From the NCBI GenBank assembly GCA_049321005.1, contig JBMOQL010000009.1, positions 5,455 to 69,454 of the forward strand: DNA of 64,000 nt. The letters run 5' to 3'. Each line of letters starts with the position of its first letter. The first letter of the stretch is position 1. This document shows, one piece after another, positions 51,495-60,336 of this stretch. Both the position numbers and the translations under genes were made by a program. A model generated the notes under the pieces. That model did no database searches, was not told the origin of the DNA, and saw only the letters and a list, made by a program, of their open reading frames with translations. This stretch comes from Pseudomonadota bacterium (GTDB lineage: Bacteria; Pseudomonadota; Gammaproteobacteria; Burkholderiales; Burkholderiaceae_C).

Positions 51495-51706
51495 GGCAGA
51501 CGGCGGCAAGCCCGCGAGCGTAGCCGCAAGCCGCATGCGCTGCATCGGCGCAGTCTGACAGCCGTGGACGCCCCGGGACGACACGCCTCGGCCGGGCGTC
51601 GCGCGATGCTGCGGACGCAGGCAGGCAGCCGGCACCCGTTCCGGCACGCCGCCTTTGCTGAGACCGAATCCCGGGGCGTCCGCCGCCCCCACAACCGGAG
51701 AGACAC

Positions 51707-52282
51707 ATGATCCAACACACCCGCCCGCTCGCCATCGCCGCTGCCCTGGCCGCCGCCTTCGCTTTTGCGCCGGCGCACGCCGCCAAGATGGACCGTGCCG
51801 CCTACAACGCCGAGAAGGACCAGATCGACGCCAACTACAAGTCGGCCAAGAACCAGTGCGATGCCCTCAAGGACAACGCCAAGGACATCTGCCAGAAGGA
51901 GGCCGAAGGCAAGCACGAGGTGGCCAAGGCTGAGCTTGAAGCCAAGCACGAGCCCAGCGCCCGCCACGACCGCAAGGTGCACGAAGCCCGCGCCAAGGCC
52001 GACTATGAAGTGGCCAAAGAAAAGTGCGACGACCAGAGCGGCAATGCCAAGGACGTCTGCGTGAAGGAAGCCAAGGCGGCCTATGAAAAGGCCAAGGCCG
52101 ACAGCAAGCTGGCCAAGAAGGGCAACGAGGCCCGCTCCGACATGGCCGAGGCGCGCAAGGACGCGACCGAGGACAAGAACAAGGCGGACTACAAGGTCGC
52201 CCGCGAGAAGTGCGATGCACTCAGCGGCAGCCAGAAGGACGCCTGCGTGACCGACGCGAAGAAGCGCTTCGGTCAGGACTGA
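51707..52282 (+). CDS. secreted Lys/Ala-rich protein with three Cys-pair repeats
   Basis: It has a signal peptide (AFAFAPAHAA) and three copies of the motif Y-x-x-A-K/R-x-x-C-D-x(7-8)-K-D-x-C. Confidence 0.6.
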   Translation: MIQHTRPLAIAAALAAAFAFAPAHAAKMDRAAYNAEKDQIDANYKSAKNQCDALKDNAKDICQKEAEGKHEVAKAELEAKHEPSARHDRKVHEARAKADYEVAKEKCDDQSGNAKDVCVKEAKAAYEKAKADSKLAKKGNEARSDMAEARKDATEDKNKADYKVAREKCDALSGSQKDACVTDAKKRFGQD

Positions 52283-52393
52283 GTCCGGTGAGGACCGGGG
52301 CCCCTGCGCGACGGGCCGGGGCCCGACTGGTGTGGAGACGGGAGAAGCCGGCAACGGCCCGCCCGACGACGCATCGGGAGACGAGGAAGGGAA

Positions 52394-52425
52394 AGGGGCG
52401 GCCTTCGGGTCGCCCCGTTTTTTTT
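52394..52425 (+). terminator. rho-independent terminator
   Basis: GGGGCG-GCCTTCGGGT-CGCCCC is followed by a T8 run. Confidence 0.65.
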
Positions 52426-52461
52426 GGCGGGGCACGCGGTCGGTGAAGCGCGGCCGCCTGC

Positions 52462-54105
52462 ATGCGGCGATGTGAGGCGCCGGCGGCTTGCTTTTCCGCG
52501 CCTGGCACGGCAGCGGGCGCTCCTATAACCGGAGCCTGGCGCCCACCCCGTGTGGGCAGGGCGCGTGGACGGGCCTGCACGCTGCGCGGGGCCCGGTGCA
52601 AGAGCAGCCTTCCCGTGTCCCTTCCTGCCGCCCCCCTCGCCCCCGCTGCCCCCCGACCGCCTGCCGATGCGGCCGCTGCTGCGGCGCCGGCCGCCTGCTG
52701 CCCGCTGGATGGCCGGCTGGCCTCGCATGCCTTGCACCTGCTGGGCGAGGTGATGGCCGCCCCGGGCGCCGACGAGGCGGCACAGGCACTGGCCCGGGCA
52801 CTGCAGCCGGCCTGGGGCGCCGACGCGGTAGCGGTGGGCTGGCGCGCCGCCCATGCCCCGGATGCGCCCACCCGGCTGGCCGCCTGCGAGCCGGCCGTGC
52901 CACAGGAGCGGCGGGATGCGCTGATCGCCGCCCTGGACGAGGCGATGGACCAGGGCTGCGTGCTCACCTCCGAACCGATGGAGCAGGCCGGCGCCGGGCC
53001 CGGCGGGCTGCCACCCATCAACCTGGCCCAGCGGCTGGCCGCAGCCGGCGGCGGCCATGTGCTGACCGTGCCCCTGCCTGGCGATGCGGGCGCCGACGAC
53101 CGCCCCGGGCGCGCGCACGGCGCCGTATGCCTGTGCCGGGCCGCGCCCTGGACGGCTGACGACGTGGAACGGCTGAGCCACCTGCTGGCCGCCGCCGCGC
53201 CCGTGCTGGCGCTGCGCGAGGCCGCCGGCCGCCCGGCCTGGCAGCGGCTACGCCAGGACGCCCGCCAGGCGTGGCGACGGTTGCGCAGCGGCCCGGCGCG
53301 CTGGCGCTGGACCATGGGCGCCAGCGGCGCGGCGCTGCTGGCCGCGCTGCTGCTGCCGGTGGATGCCGAGGTGACCGGCCGCGCGCGCATTGAGGGCTGG
53401 CAGCAGCGCGTCCTGGCTGCGCCGGCAGACGGCTTTCTGCAGGCCGTGCATGCCCAGCCCGGGCAGGCGGTGAAGGCCGGGCAGGTGCTGGTGGACCTGG
53501 CCGACCGCGACCTGCAGATCGAGCGCGCCCGCTGGGCCAGCGCCCTGGCCCAGCATGAGAACAGCTATGCCGCGGCCATGGCCCGTGCCGACCGCGGCGA
53601 GGCGGCCGTGGCCCTGGCCCGCGTGGCCGAGGCCGAGGCCCAGCTCGCCCTGGCCGATGCGCAGCTGCAGCGCGCGCAGCTCACCGCCCCGCTGGACGGC
53701 GTGGTGATCGAGGGCGACCTGAGCCAGCGCATCGGCGCACCGGTCAAGCAGGGCGATGCGCTGATGACCGTGGCCGACACGCGGCGGCACCGGGTGATCG
53801 TGGAGGTGGACGAGGCCGACATCGGCCGCGTGCAGCCCGGGCAGCGCGGCACGCTGGCTGTGTCGGCCCTGCCCTGGCGCACGCTGGACCTGCAGGTCCA
53901 GCGCATCACGCCGCTGGCGCGCGCGGTGGACGGGGCCAACGTCTACGAGGTGGAGGCCCGCCTGAGCGGCCCGCTGCCGCCCGAGCTGCGCCCGGGCCTG
54001 CTGGGCCGCGCCGAGGTGGTGACCGCCCGCGAGCCGCTGCTGTGGACGGCCGCGCGCGCCGGGGCCACCCGACTGCGCGTGCTGGCCTGGCGCTGGACGG
54101 GCTGA
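52462..54105 (+). CDS. GAF-like N-terminal domain fused to HlyD-family periplasmic adaptor
   Basis: The C-terminal half has a lipoyl-like hairpin (AGQVLVDLADRDL...LTAPLDGVVIEGD), a coiled coil and a beta-barrel (RHRVIVEVDEADIGRVQPGQ). The start codon is uncertain. Confidence 0.7.
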   Translation: MRRCEAPAACFSAPGTAAGAPITGAWRPPRVGRARGRACTLRGARCKSSLPVSLPAAPLAPAAPRPPADAAAAAAPAACCPLDGRLASHALHLLGEVMAAPGADEAAQALARALQPAWGADAVAVGWRAAHAPDAPTRLAACEPAVPQERRDALIAALDEAMDQGCVLTSEPMEQAGAGPGGLPPINLAQRLAAAGGGHVLTVPLPGDAGADDRPGRAHGAVCLCRAAPWTADDVERLSHLLAAAAPVLALREAAGRPAWQRLRQDARQAWRRLRSGPARWRWTMGASGAALLAALLLPVDAEVTGRARIEGWQQRVLAAPADGFLQAVHAQPGQAVKAGQVLVDLADRDLQIERARWASALAQHENSYAAAMARADRGEAAVALARVAEAEAQLALADAQLQRAQLTAPLDGVVIEGDLSQRIGAPVKQGDALMTVADTRRHRVIVEVDEADIGRVQPGQRGTLAVSALPWRTLDLQVQRITPLARAVDGANVYEVEARLSGPLPPELRPGLLGRAEVVTAREPLLWTAARAGATRLRVLAWRWTG

Positions 54106-54131
54106 GAAGCGGAGCAAGCGTGCAGGGGCCG

Positions 54132-56495
54132 ATGCCGCTCTACAGCAGCCAATGGTTCCGCGTCGCCCGGCTGGTGCCGTCGCTGCCGGCATCGGTGCGG
54201 CTGCACCGGCACCGCGTGCGCGGCCAGACCTGGCAGGTGCTCACCGACCCGCTGCACGGCCGGCAGGTGCGGCTCAACCCACCCGCCCATGCCCTGGCCG
54301 CGCGGCTGGACGGCCGGCGCACGGTGGACGAGCTGTGGCAGGCGCTGCAGGCCCTGGGCGACGACGCGCCGACGCAGGATGAGACGCTCGCCCTGCTGAT
54401 GACGCTGCACCGCGAGCGGCTGGTGCGCTTCGACCGCGAGCCGGACTTCGGCCTGGCCGGCGCGGTGGCGCCGCCCACGCATGCGGGCCCGTGGCGTGGC
54501 GCCAGCGGGCCGGCGGGCCGACTGCTGGCTTGGCGGCTGCGGCTGGGCGATCCGTCGTGGCTGCTTTCGCGGCTGGCCGGGCTGGGGCGGGCGCTGTTCT
54601 CACGGGCCGGCGCCGTGGCCTGGCTGGCGGCGATGGCGCTGCTGGTGGCCATCGTCGCCCTGCATGGCGGGCCCGCCGCAACGCAGGCGCAGGCCTGGCT
54701 GGGCGAGCCGCGGCATTGGCTGCTGGCCCTGGCCGTGTACCTGCCGATGAAGGCCGTGCACGAGCTGGCCCACGGCCTGGCCGCGCAGCGCTGGGGCGCG
54801 CCGGTGCGGGAGGCCGGCATCACGCTGATGCTGGGCCTGCCGCTGCCTTATGTGGACGCCAGCGCCGCCTCGGCCCTGCCACGCGCGGGCCAGCGGGCGC
54901 TGGTCAGCGGCGCGGGCATCGCCGCGGAGCTGTTGCTGGCCGCCGCCGGCTGGGCGCTGTGGGCGCTGCTGGACGACGGCCTGGCGCGCGATCTGGCGCT
55001 GGCCGTGGCCTTCATCGGCACGGCGTCCAGCCTGCTCTTCAATGGCAACCCGCTGCAGCGCTTTGACGGCTACCACCTGCTGTGCGACGCGCTGCAGTTG
55101 CCCAACCTGGCCACGCGCAGCCGCGCCTGGTGGGCCGCCCGGCTGCGCCAGGCGGTGCTGGGCCGCCACGCCGCGGCCGAGCCGCTGCAGGCCGCTCCGG
55201 GCGAGGCGCCGTGGCTGGTGCTGCACGCGCCCGCCGCGCTGCTGTGGATGGTGGGCGTGACCCTGGGCCTGGCCGCCTGGCTGGGCCGCGCCCACCCGCT
55301 GCTGGGCCTGCTGGCCGCCACGGTGCTGGGCGTGCATACGCTGCGCCCGCTGGCCGGCGGCGCCTGGCGGCTGTGGCGGGCGGCCTGCACCGGGATGGGT
55401 GGGACGGCAGGGACCGAGGGGGTGGGCGACGGTGGTGGCCGGCGTCTGGCGCGCGCCGCCGCGCTGCTGGGCGGGCCGCTGGTCGTGCTGGCGGCGCTAC
55501 CGCTGCCGCAGCAGGCGGTGCTGCCGGGGGTGGTCTGGGCCGATGAGCAGGCCGCACTGCGCACGCCGACCGCCGGCTTCGTCGAGACCGTGTGGGCACG
55601 CGATGGCCAGGCCGTGGCCGCCGGCCAGCCGGTGCTGCGGCTGGCCAACCCGGGCTTGCAGGCCCGGCGCGCCGCCGTGGCGGCCCGGCTGGAGCAGGCC
55701 CAGCACGCCCGGTATGGCGGCTGGGCGCTGGACGAAGGCGCTCCTGCCCAGCCCGCGGCCGCGCAGGCCGAGGAGGACCTCGCCCGCCTGAGCCAGGAGC
55801 TGCGCCAGCTCGATGACGAGCTGGACGGCCTGGTGATCCGTGCCCGCCGCGCCGGCCGCCTGGTGCTGCCCCGGGGAGCCGACCTGCCCGGGCGCCACCT
55901 GCCCCGCGGCCACCTGCTGGGGCAGGTGCTGGACGCCAACGCGCCCACCACACTGCGCGTGGCACTGCCGCAGTCGCAAGCTGTGGTGGTGCGCCAGGCG
56001 CTGGCTGAGGCCCTGGCCGAGGCACCGGCTGAGGAGCGAAGGCACCCGGCCCCGGCCACGCCTGGAACACGCCAGACCGGGGCCGCACCGCAGGGGCGCC
56101 CCACACCGGCCGCCACACCGGCCGCCACACCTGCCGCTGCACCGGACGCGACCTGGTCGCCCCGGCTGTCGGCCCGCGTGGCCGATGAGCCGGCCACGCC
56201 GCGGCGCGCCGCCCTGCTGGCCGATGCCGCCGGCGCCACCCCCGATCTGCCCAGCCCTGCCCTGGCCGAGCGCCACGGCGGCCCGCTGCGAACCGCCCCG
56301 TCAGACCCCGAGGGCCGGCGCGCCGCCGAGCCGCTGGTGGCCCTGGACGTGCGCATCGACCGGCCCGCCGGCGCCCTGCTGGGCCAGCGCGCCTGGCTGC
56401 GCGTGGACCTGGGCCACGCCCCGGCACTGGTGCAAGCCGGCCGCGCCGCGTGGCAGGCCTGGCGCCGAGCCTTCCGCGCGGAGGACGGGCGGTGA
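54132..56495 (+). CDS. PqqD-like / M50 (site-2 protease) / HlyD-like fusion membrane protein
   Basis: ATG at 54132. The N-terminal LDGRRTVDELWQAL..ETLALLMTLHRERLV is PqqD-like. HELAHGLAAQRWG (HExxH) and FNGNPLQRFDGYH are the two M50 motifs. The C-terminal AGQPVLRLANPGL...LVIRARRAG is adaptor-like. Confidence 0.72.
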   Translation: MPLYSSQWFRVARLVPSLPASVRLHRHRVRGQTWQVLTDPLHGRQVRLNPPAHALAARLDGRRTVDELWQALQALGDDAPTQDETLALLMTLHRERLVRFDREPDFGLAGAVAPPTHAGPWRGASGPAGRLLAWRLRLGDPSWLLSRLAGLGRALFSRAGAVAWLAAMALLVAIVALHGGPAATQAQAWLGEPRHWLLALAVYLPMKAVHELAHGLAAQRWGAPVREAGITLMLGLPLPYVDASAASALPRAGQRALVSGAGIAAELLLAAAGWALWALLDDGLARDLALAVAFIGTASSLLFNGNPLQRFDGYHLLCDALQLPNLATRSRAWWAARLRQAVLGRHAAAEPLQAAPGEAPWLVLHAPAALLWMVGVTLGLAAWLGRAHPLLGLLAATVLGVHTLRPLAGGAWRLWRAACTGMGGTAGTEGVGDGGGRRLARAAALLGGPLVVLAALPLPQQAVLPGVVWADEQAALRTPTAGFVETVWARDGQAVAAGQPVLRLANPGLQARRAAVAARLEQAQHARYGGWALDEGAPAQPAAAQAEEDLARLSQELRQLDDELDGLVIRARRAGRLVLPRGADLPGRHLPRGHLLGQVLDANAPTTLRVALPQSQAVVVRQALAEALAEAPAEERRHPAPATPGTRQTGAAPQGRPTPAATPAATPAAAPDATWSPRLSARVADEPATPRRAALLADAAGATPDLPSPALAERHGGPLRTAPSDPEGRRAAEPLVALDVRIDRPAGALLGQRAWLRVDLGHAPALVQAGRAAWQAWRRAFRAEDGR

Positions 56496-58999
56496 GCACG
56501 GCGGCGAGTGCGGATGTGAACTCGGCCGTGAGCGCGGCCATCAGCACGGCGGTGGACGCCGTGGAAAAGATCGCAGCGGATGCGGCGGAGCCCGCGTCCG
56601 GGCCGGACCGCGAGCCCGAGGCGCAGCGACAGCGGGCTCTGCCGCGCCTGCCCGCCCCGGGGCCGCTCTGGGGCCCTTATCCGATGCTTCCCATGCGGCC
56701 CCGGGGCGACCCGCCCCGCGCGCAGGCGCTGTGGCCGCGGCTGTCCGGCCGTGCGCTGCGCGCGGTCGTCGGCCACGCCCGGCGGCTGATCGAGGCGGGT
56801 GCCTGCGCAGCCGCGCGTCCGGCCGCCAGCCACCTGCCCGCGGAGCAGGCCGACCTCGCCGCCCGCCTGGCCCAGGCCGCCCGCGCGGCCGACGGCACGC
56901 TGGGCCTGCAGCCCTTCGACACCCAGCTCATGGCCGCCGCCGCCATGCTGGGCGGCCAGCTCGCCGAGATGGCCACCGGCGAGGGCAAGACCCTGGCCAT
57001 GGCCCTGGCCGCTGCCGTGGCCGCCCGCGCCGGCGCGCCGGTGCACGTGGTCACGGCCAACGCCTACCTGGCCGCCCGCGACGCCGCGTGGCTGACGCCC
57101 TTCTACGCCGCGCTCGGCCTGCGCGTGGCCGCGCTGCGCCCGGGCGAGGACGAGGCCCAGCGCCGCGCCGCGCACGGCCACCACGTGGTCTATGCCACCG
57201 CCAGCGAGCTGGCCTTCGACCACCTGCGCGACCACCTGGCCTGCCCGGCGCTGACCGGCGGGCCCGGCGACGCGCTGCGCCATCACCTGCGGGCGCTGGG
57301 CGCACGGGCCCCGCAAGGCACAGCGGAGGACGGGCAAGCGCCGCGTGGCCTGCTCGGCCGTGCGCAGGCCCCGCATGGAACGGCGGCCGGCACACCGGTC
57401 GGCACACCGGCAACACGCGGCCCGCGGGACGGCACGCCAGCGCCGCCCGGCGAGGCCCGGCCCCTGCTCCCCGGCCTGTGCGTGGCCCTGCTGGACGAGG
57501 CCGACAGCATCCTGCTGGACGAGGCGGGGGTGCCGCTGGTGCTCTCGCGCCAGCGCCCGCATGCGGCGCGGCGGGCCTTCCTGTGGCAGGCACTGGCGCT
57601 GGCCAGGCAGCTCGGCCCCGCGCACTACGGCCTGGATGCGACCGCGCGGCGGGCCTGGCTGACCGAGGCCGGGCAGCAGGCCGTGGCCGAGCTGAGCGCC
57701 GCCTGGGGCGGGCCCTGGCTGCGCCGCCGCTACCGCGAGGAGGCGCTGGCCACGGCGCTGACCGCGCTGCACCTGTGCCGGCGCGACGTGCATTACCTGG
57801 TGCGGCCGGCTGATCAGTCGGCTCACGGGTCTGCTGACGGCGCGGCTGACGCGCCTGCGGCCCCGCACCCGGCCGCACACCGGCAGGGGCCCGCTGCCCG
57901 CGGCCCGCGCATCGAGCTGCTGGACGAGCTGACGGGCCGCCCTGCCCCCGGCCGCGTCTGGCCGCGCGGGCTGCACACCGCGGTGGAGATCAAGGAAGGC
58001 TGCCCGCCCGGCGACGACAGCGAGACGGTGGCGCAGATCACCTACCCGCGCTTCTTCGGCCGCTACCTGCTGCTGGGCGGCATGAGCGGCACGCTGTGGG
58101 AGGCGCGCGGCGAACTGCGCCGCGTGCACGGGCTGCCGGTGGTGCGCATCCCGCTGCGGCGGCCCTCGCGCCTGCGCCGCCTGCCCACGCGCTGGGTGGA
58201 CGGCGAGCCCTGGGGCCTGCTGGCCCGGCATGTGCGCGCGCTGAGCGCCGCCGGCCGGCCGGTGCTGGTGGGCACCGACAGCGTGGCCGACTCCGAGGCG
58301 CTGTCGGCGGCGCTGCAGCGGCTGGGCCAACCGCACGCCGTGCTCAACGCCCGCCAGGACGCGCAGGAGGCAGCCATCGTTGCCGCCGCCGGCCGCGCCG
58401 GGCAGGTGACCGTCGCCACCCGCATGGCCGGGCGCGGCACCGACATCGCGCTGGACGAGCCCGCTCGCCAGGCCGGCGGCCTGCACGTCATCCACTGCCA
58501 GCGCAACCCCAACCGGCGCATGGACCGGCAGCTCATCGGCCGCGCCGCCCGCCAAGGCGCGCCGGGCAGCGCCGAGCGCTGGCTGTGGCGGCGGCCGGCC
58601 GTGGCCCCGGCCGGTGCCGCCCCCAGTGCGGCGTCACAAAGGACCGCCGCGCCGCCGGGACAGGGCCCGGCGCCCGCAGAGACGGCCTGCCCCGCCCACG
58701 GCGCCTCGCCCGGCGCGGCGCACGCGCGCAGCGCACCGGCCTTCATTTCCGCAGCCGGCTGCCGAAATCACGATCTGGATACGGATGGCGAGCGCGCCGG
58801 CCGGGGCGGCCCCTGGCTGGGTGCCTGGCAGCGCGCCTGGCAACGCTGGGCCGGCGCCTGGGCGCGCGTGCGCACCGCGCTGGCGCAGCGCTGGCAGGAG
58901 CAGCGCCAGGCCCTGCTGCGCCGCCATCTGCTCGAACAGGACAAAGAATGGGAACGGCAGCAAGCACGCGCCGGGCAGCGGACCGGCCCCCCGGCGTGA
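56492..58999 (+). CDS. SecA-like motor ATPase (NBD1-PPXD-NBD2, truncated after start of helical scaffold)
   Basis: The GTG start overlaps the previous stop (GTGA). MATGEGKTLA, VVTANAYLAARD, LLDEADSILLDEAGVPLVLS, ELLDELTGRPAPGRVWPRGLHTAVEIKEG, GGMSGT, ATRMAGRGTDI and RRMDRQLIGRAARQGAPGS all parallel SecA motifs. Confidence 0.75.
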   Translation: MSTAASADVNSAVSAAISTAVDAVEKIAADAAEPASGPDREPEAQRQRALPRLPAPGPLWGPYPMLPMRPRGDPPRAQALWPRLSGRALRAVVGHARRLIEAGACAAARPAASHLPAEQADLAARLAQAARAADGTLGLQPFDTQLMAAAAMLGGQLAEMATGEGKTLAMALAAAVAARAGAPVHVVTANAYLAARDAAWLTPFYAALGLRVAALRPGEDEAQRRAAHGHHVVYATASELAFDHLRDHLACPALTGGPGDALRHHLRALGARAPQGTAEDGQAPRGLLGRAQAPHGTAAGTPVGTPATRGPRDGTPAPPGEARPLLPGLCVALLDEADSILLDEAGVPLVLSRQRPHAARRAFLWQALALARQLGPAHYGLDATARRAWLTEAGQQAVAELSAAWGGPWLRRRYREEALATALTALHLCRRDVHYLVRPADQSAHGSADGAADAPAAPHPAAHRQGPAARGPRIELLDELTGRPAPGRVWPRGLHTAVEIKEGCPPGDDSETVAQITYPRFFGRYLLLGGMSGTLWEARGELRRVHGLPVVRIPLRRPSRLRRLPTRWVDGEPWGLLARHVRALSAAGRPVLVGTDSVADSEALSAALQRLGQPHAVLNARQDAQEAAIVAAAGRAGQVTVATRMAGRGTDIALDEPARQAGGLHVIHCQRNPNRRMDRQLIGRAARQGAPGSAERWLWRRPAVAPAGAAPSAASQRTAAPPGQGPAPAETACPAHGASPGAAHARSAPAFISAAGCRNHDLDTDGERAGRGGPWLGAWQRAWQRWAGAWARVRTALAQRWQEQRQALLRRHLLEQDKEWERQQARAGQRTGPPA

Positions 59000-59100
59000 C
59001 CGGTCCGAGCGGGGTGACCCGGGTGACCGGCAGGACCGACCTCGGCCACGCCCCGCCAGCCGCGCCAGCCAGCGGGGCCCGCACGCGCACGGCAGCCGCC

Positions 59101-60315
59101 ATGCTGCCCGCGCGCCCAACGGGCGCCGCCCCCCGGCAGCCCCTGCGCGCGGCCCTGCTGGCCCTGGCCTTGGCCGGCACCGCCGTGCCCGCGTCGGCCC
59201 AGGCCAGCCCCTCTGCGGCCGCCCCACCCGCTGCGGCTCAGCCCGCTCCCCGCCCCGCCGCCCGCGCCACCGCCCCGCGCCCGGCCGGCTGCCTGATCGA
59301 GCCCGACCAAGTGGCCGATGTCGGCTCGCCGGTCACCGGCGTGCTGGAGCACATCGGCGTGGACCGGGGCGATGCCGTCACCGCCGGCCAGACCCTGGCC
59401 GTGCTGCGCGGCGAAGTAGAGCGCGCCCAGGCCGGCGTGGCCGAGGCCCGTGCCCGCGTGGATGCCGACGTACGCGCCGCCGCCGCCAGCCTGGCGCTCG
59501 CACAGCAGAAGGTGGTGCGCGCCCGCCAGCTGCTGGCGCAGCAGTTCGTGTCGCAGCAGGCGCTGGACCAGGCCCAGGCCGAGGCCGACGTGGCCGCCGA
59601 GCGCCTGGCCCAGGCGCGCAGCCAGCAGGCCATCAGCCAGCGCGAGCGCGACGCCGCCCTGGCCCAGCTCGGCCAGCGCACGCTGCGCAGTCCGCTGAGC
59701 GGCATCGTCGTGGAGCGCTATGCCCACCCGGGCGAGCGGGTGGAAGACCGCCCGGTGCTGCGCGTGGCCCGCATCGACCCGCTGCGCGTGGAGCTGATGG
59801 TGCCGGTGGCGCAGTACGGCCTGCTGCGGCCCGGCGACCGCGTGGCCATCCGCCCCGAGCTGCCGGGCAACCCGGTGCTCAGCGCCACCGTGCGCCTGGT
59901 GGACAAGGTGGTGGACCCGGCCAGCAACACCTATCGCGTGCGCCTGGCCCTGCCCAACCCCGACCAGCGCCTGCCCGCCGGCCTGCGCTGCCGCGCCGAC
60001 CTGCCGCCCAGCGCGGCAGCCGCCGCGCCGGCCGGGGTGCAGCCGGCGGCGGCGTCTGCCTTTCAGCCGACCACCCAGCCGGCCCTCCAGCCCGCCGCCC
60101 GACGGGCCCTACCGCCTGCCATCCAGCCTGCCACCCAGCGCACCGCCCCACCCGCGGCAGGCCCGGCCACGCCCATCCCTGCGCCAGCCGCCGTGCCGCA
60201 CTCGGCCCAGCCGGGTGCCGCGCCGGTGCCCGGCGGGCCAGCCGGTCTGCGCATGAGCCCGCTGCTGCGCCTGCCCGGCGCGCGGCCGGCCACGCCCCAG
60301 GTGCCCCAGGTCTGA
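59101..60315 (+). CDS. HlyD/efflux-RND-type periplasmic adaptor with Ala/Pro-rich C-terminal tail
   Basis: It has a signal peptide, a lipoyl hairpin (AGQTLAVLRGE...LRSPLSGIVVERY), a coiled coil and a beta-barrel (RVELMVPVAQYGLLRPGDRV). Confidence 0.75.
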   Translation: MLPARPTGAAPRQPLRAALLALALAGTAVPASAQASPSAAAPPAAAQPAPRPAARATAPRPAGCLIEPDQVADVGSPVTGVLEHIGVDRGDAVTAGQTLAVLRGEVERAQAGVAEARARVDADVRAAAASLALAQQKVVRARQLLAQQFVSQQALDQAQAEADVAAERLAQARSQQAISQRERDAALAQLGQRTLRSPLSGIVVERYAHPGERVEDRPVLRVARIDPLRVELMVPVAQYGLLRPGDRVAIRPELPGNPVLSATVRLVDKVVDPASNTYRVRLALPNPDQRLPAGLRCRADLPPSAAAAAPAGVQPAAASAFQPTTQPALQPAARRALPPAIQPATQRTAPPAAGPATPIPAPAAVPHSAQPGAAPVPGGPAGLRMSPLLRLPGARPATPQVPQV

Positions 60316-60336
60316 GAAGGCGGGGACGAACCGGCC

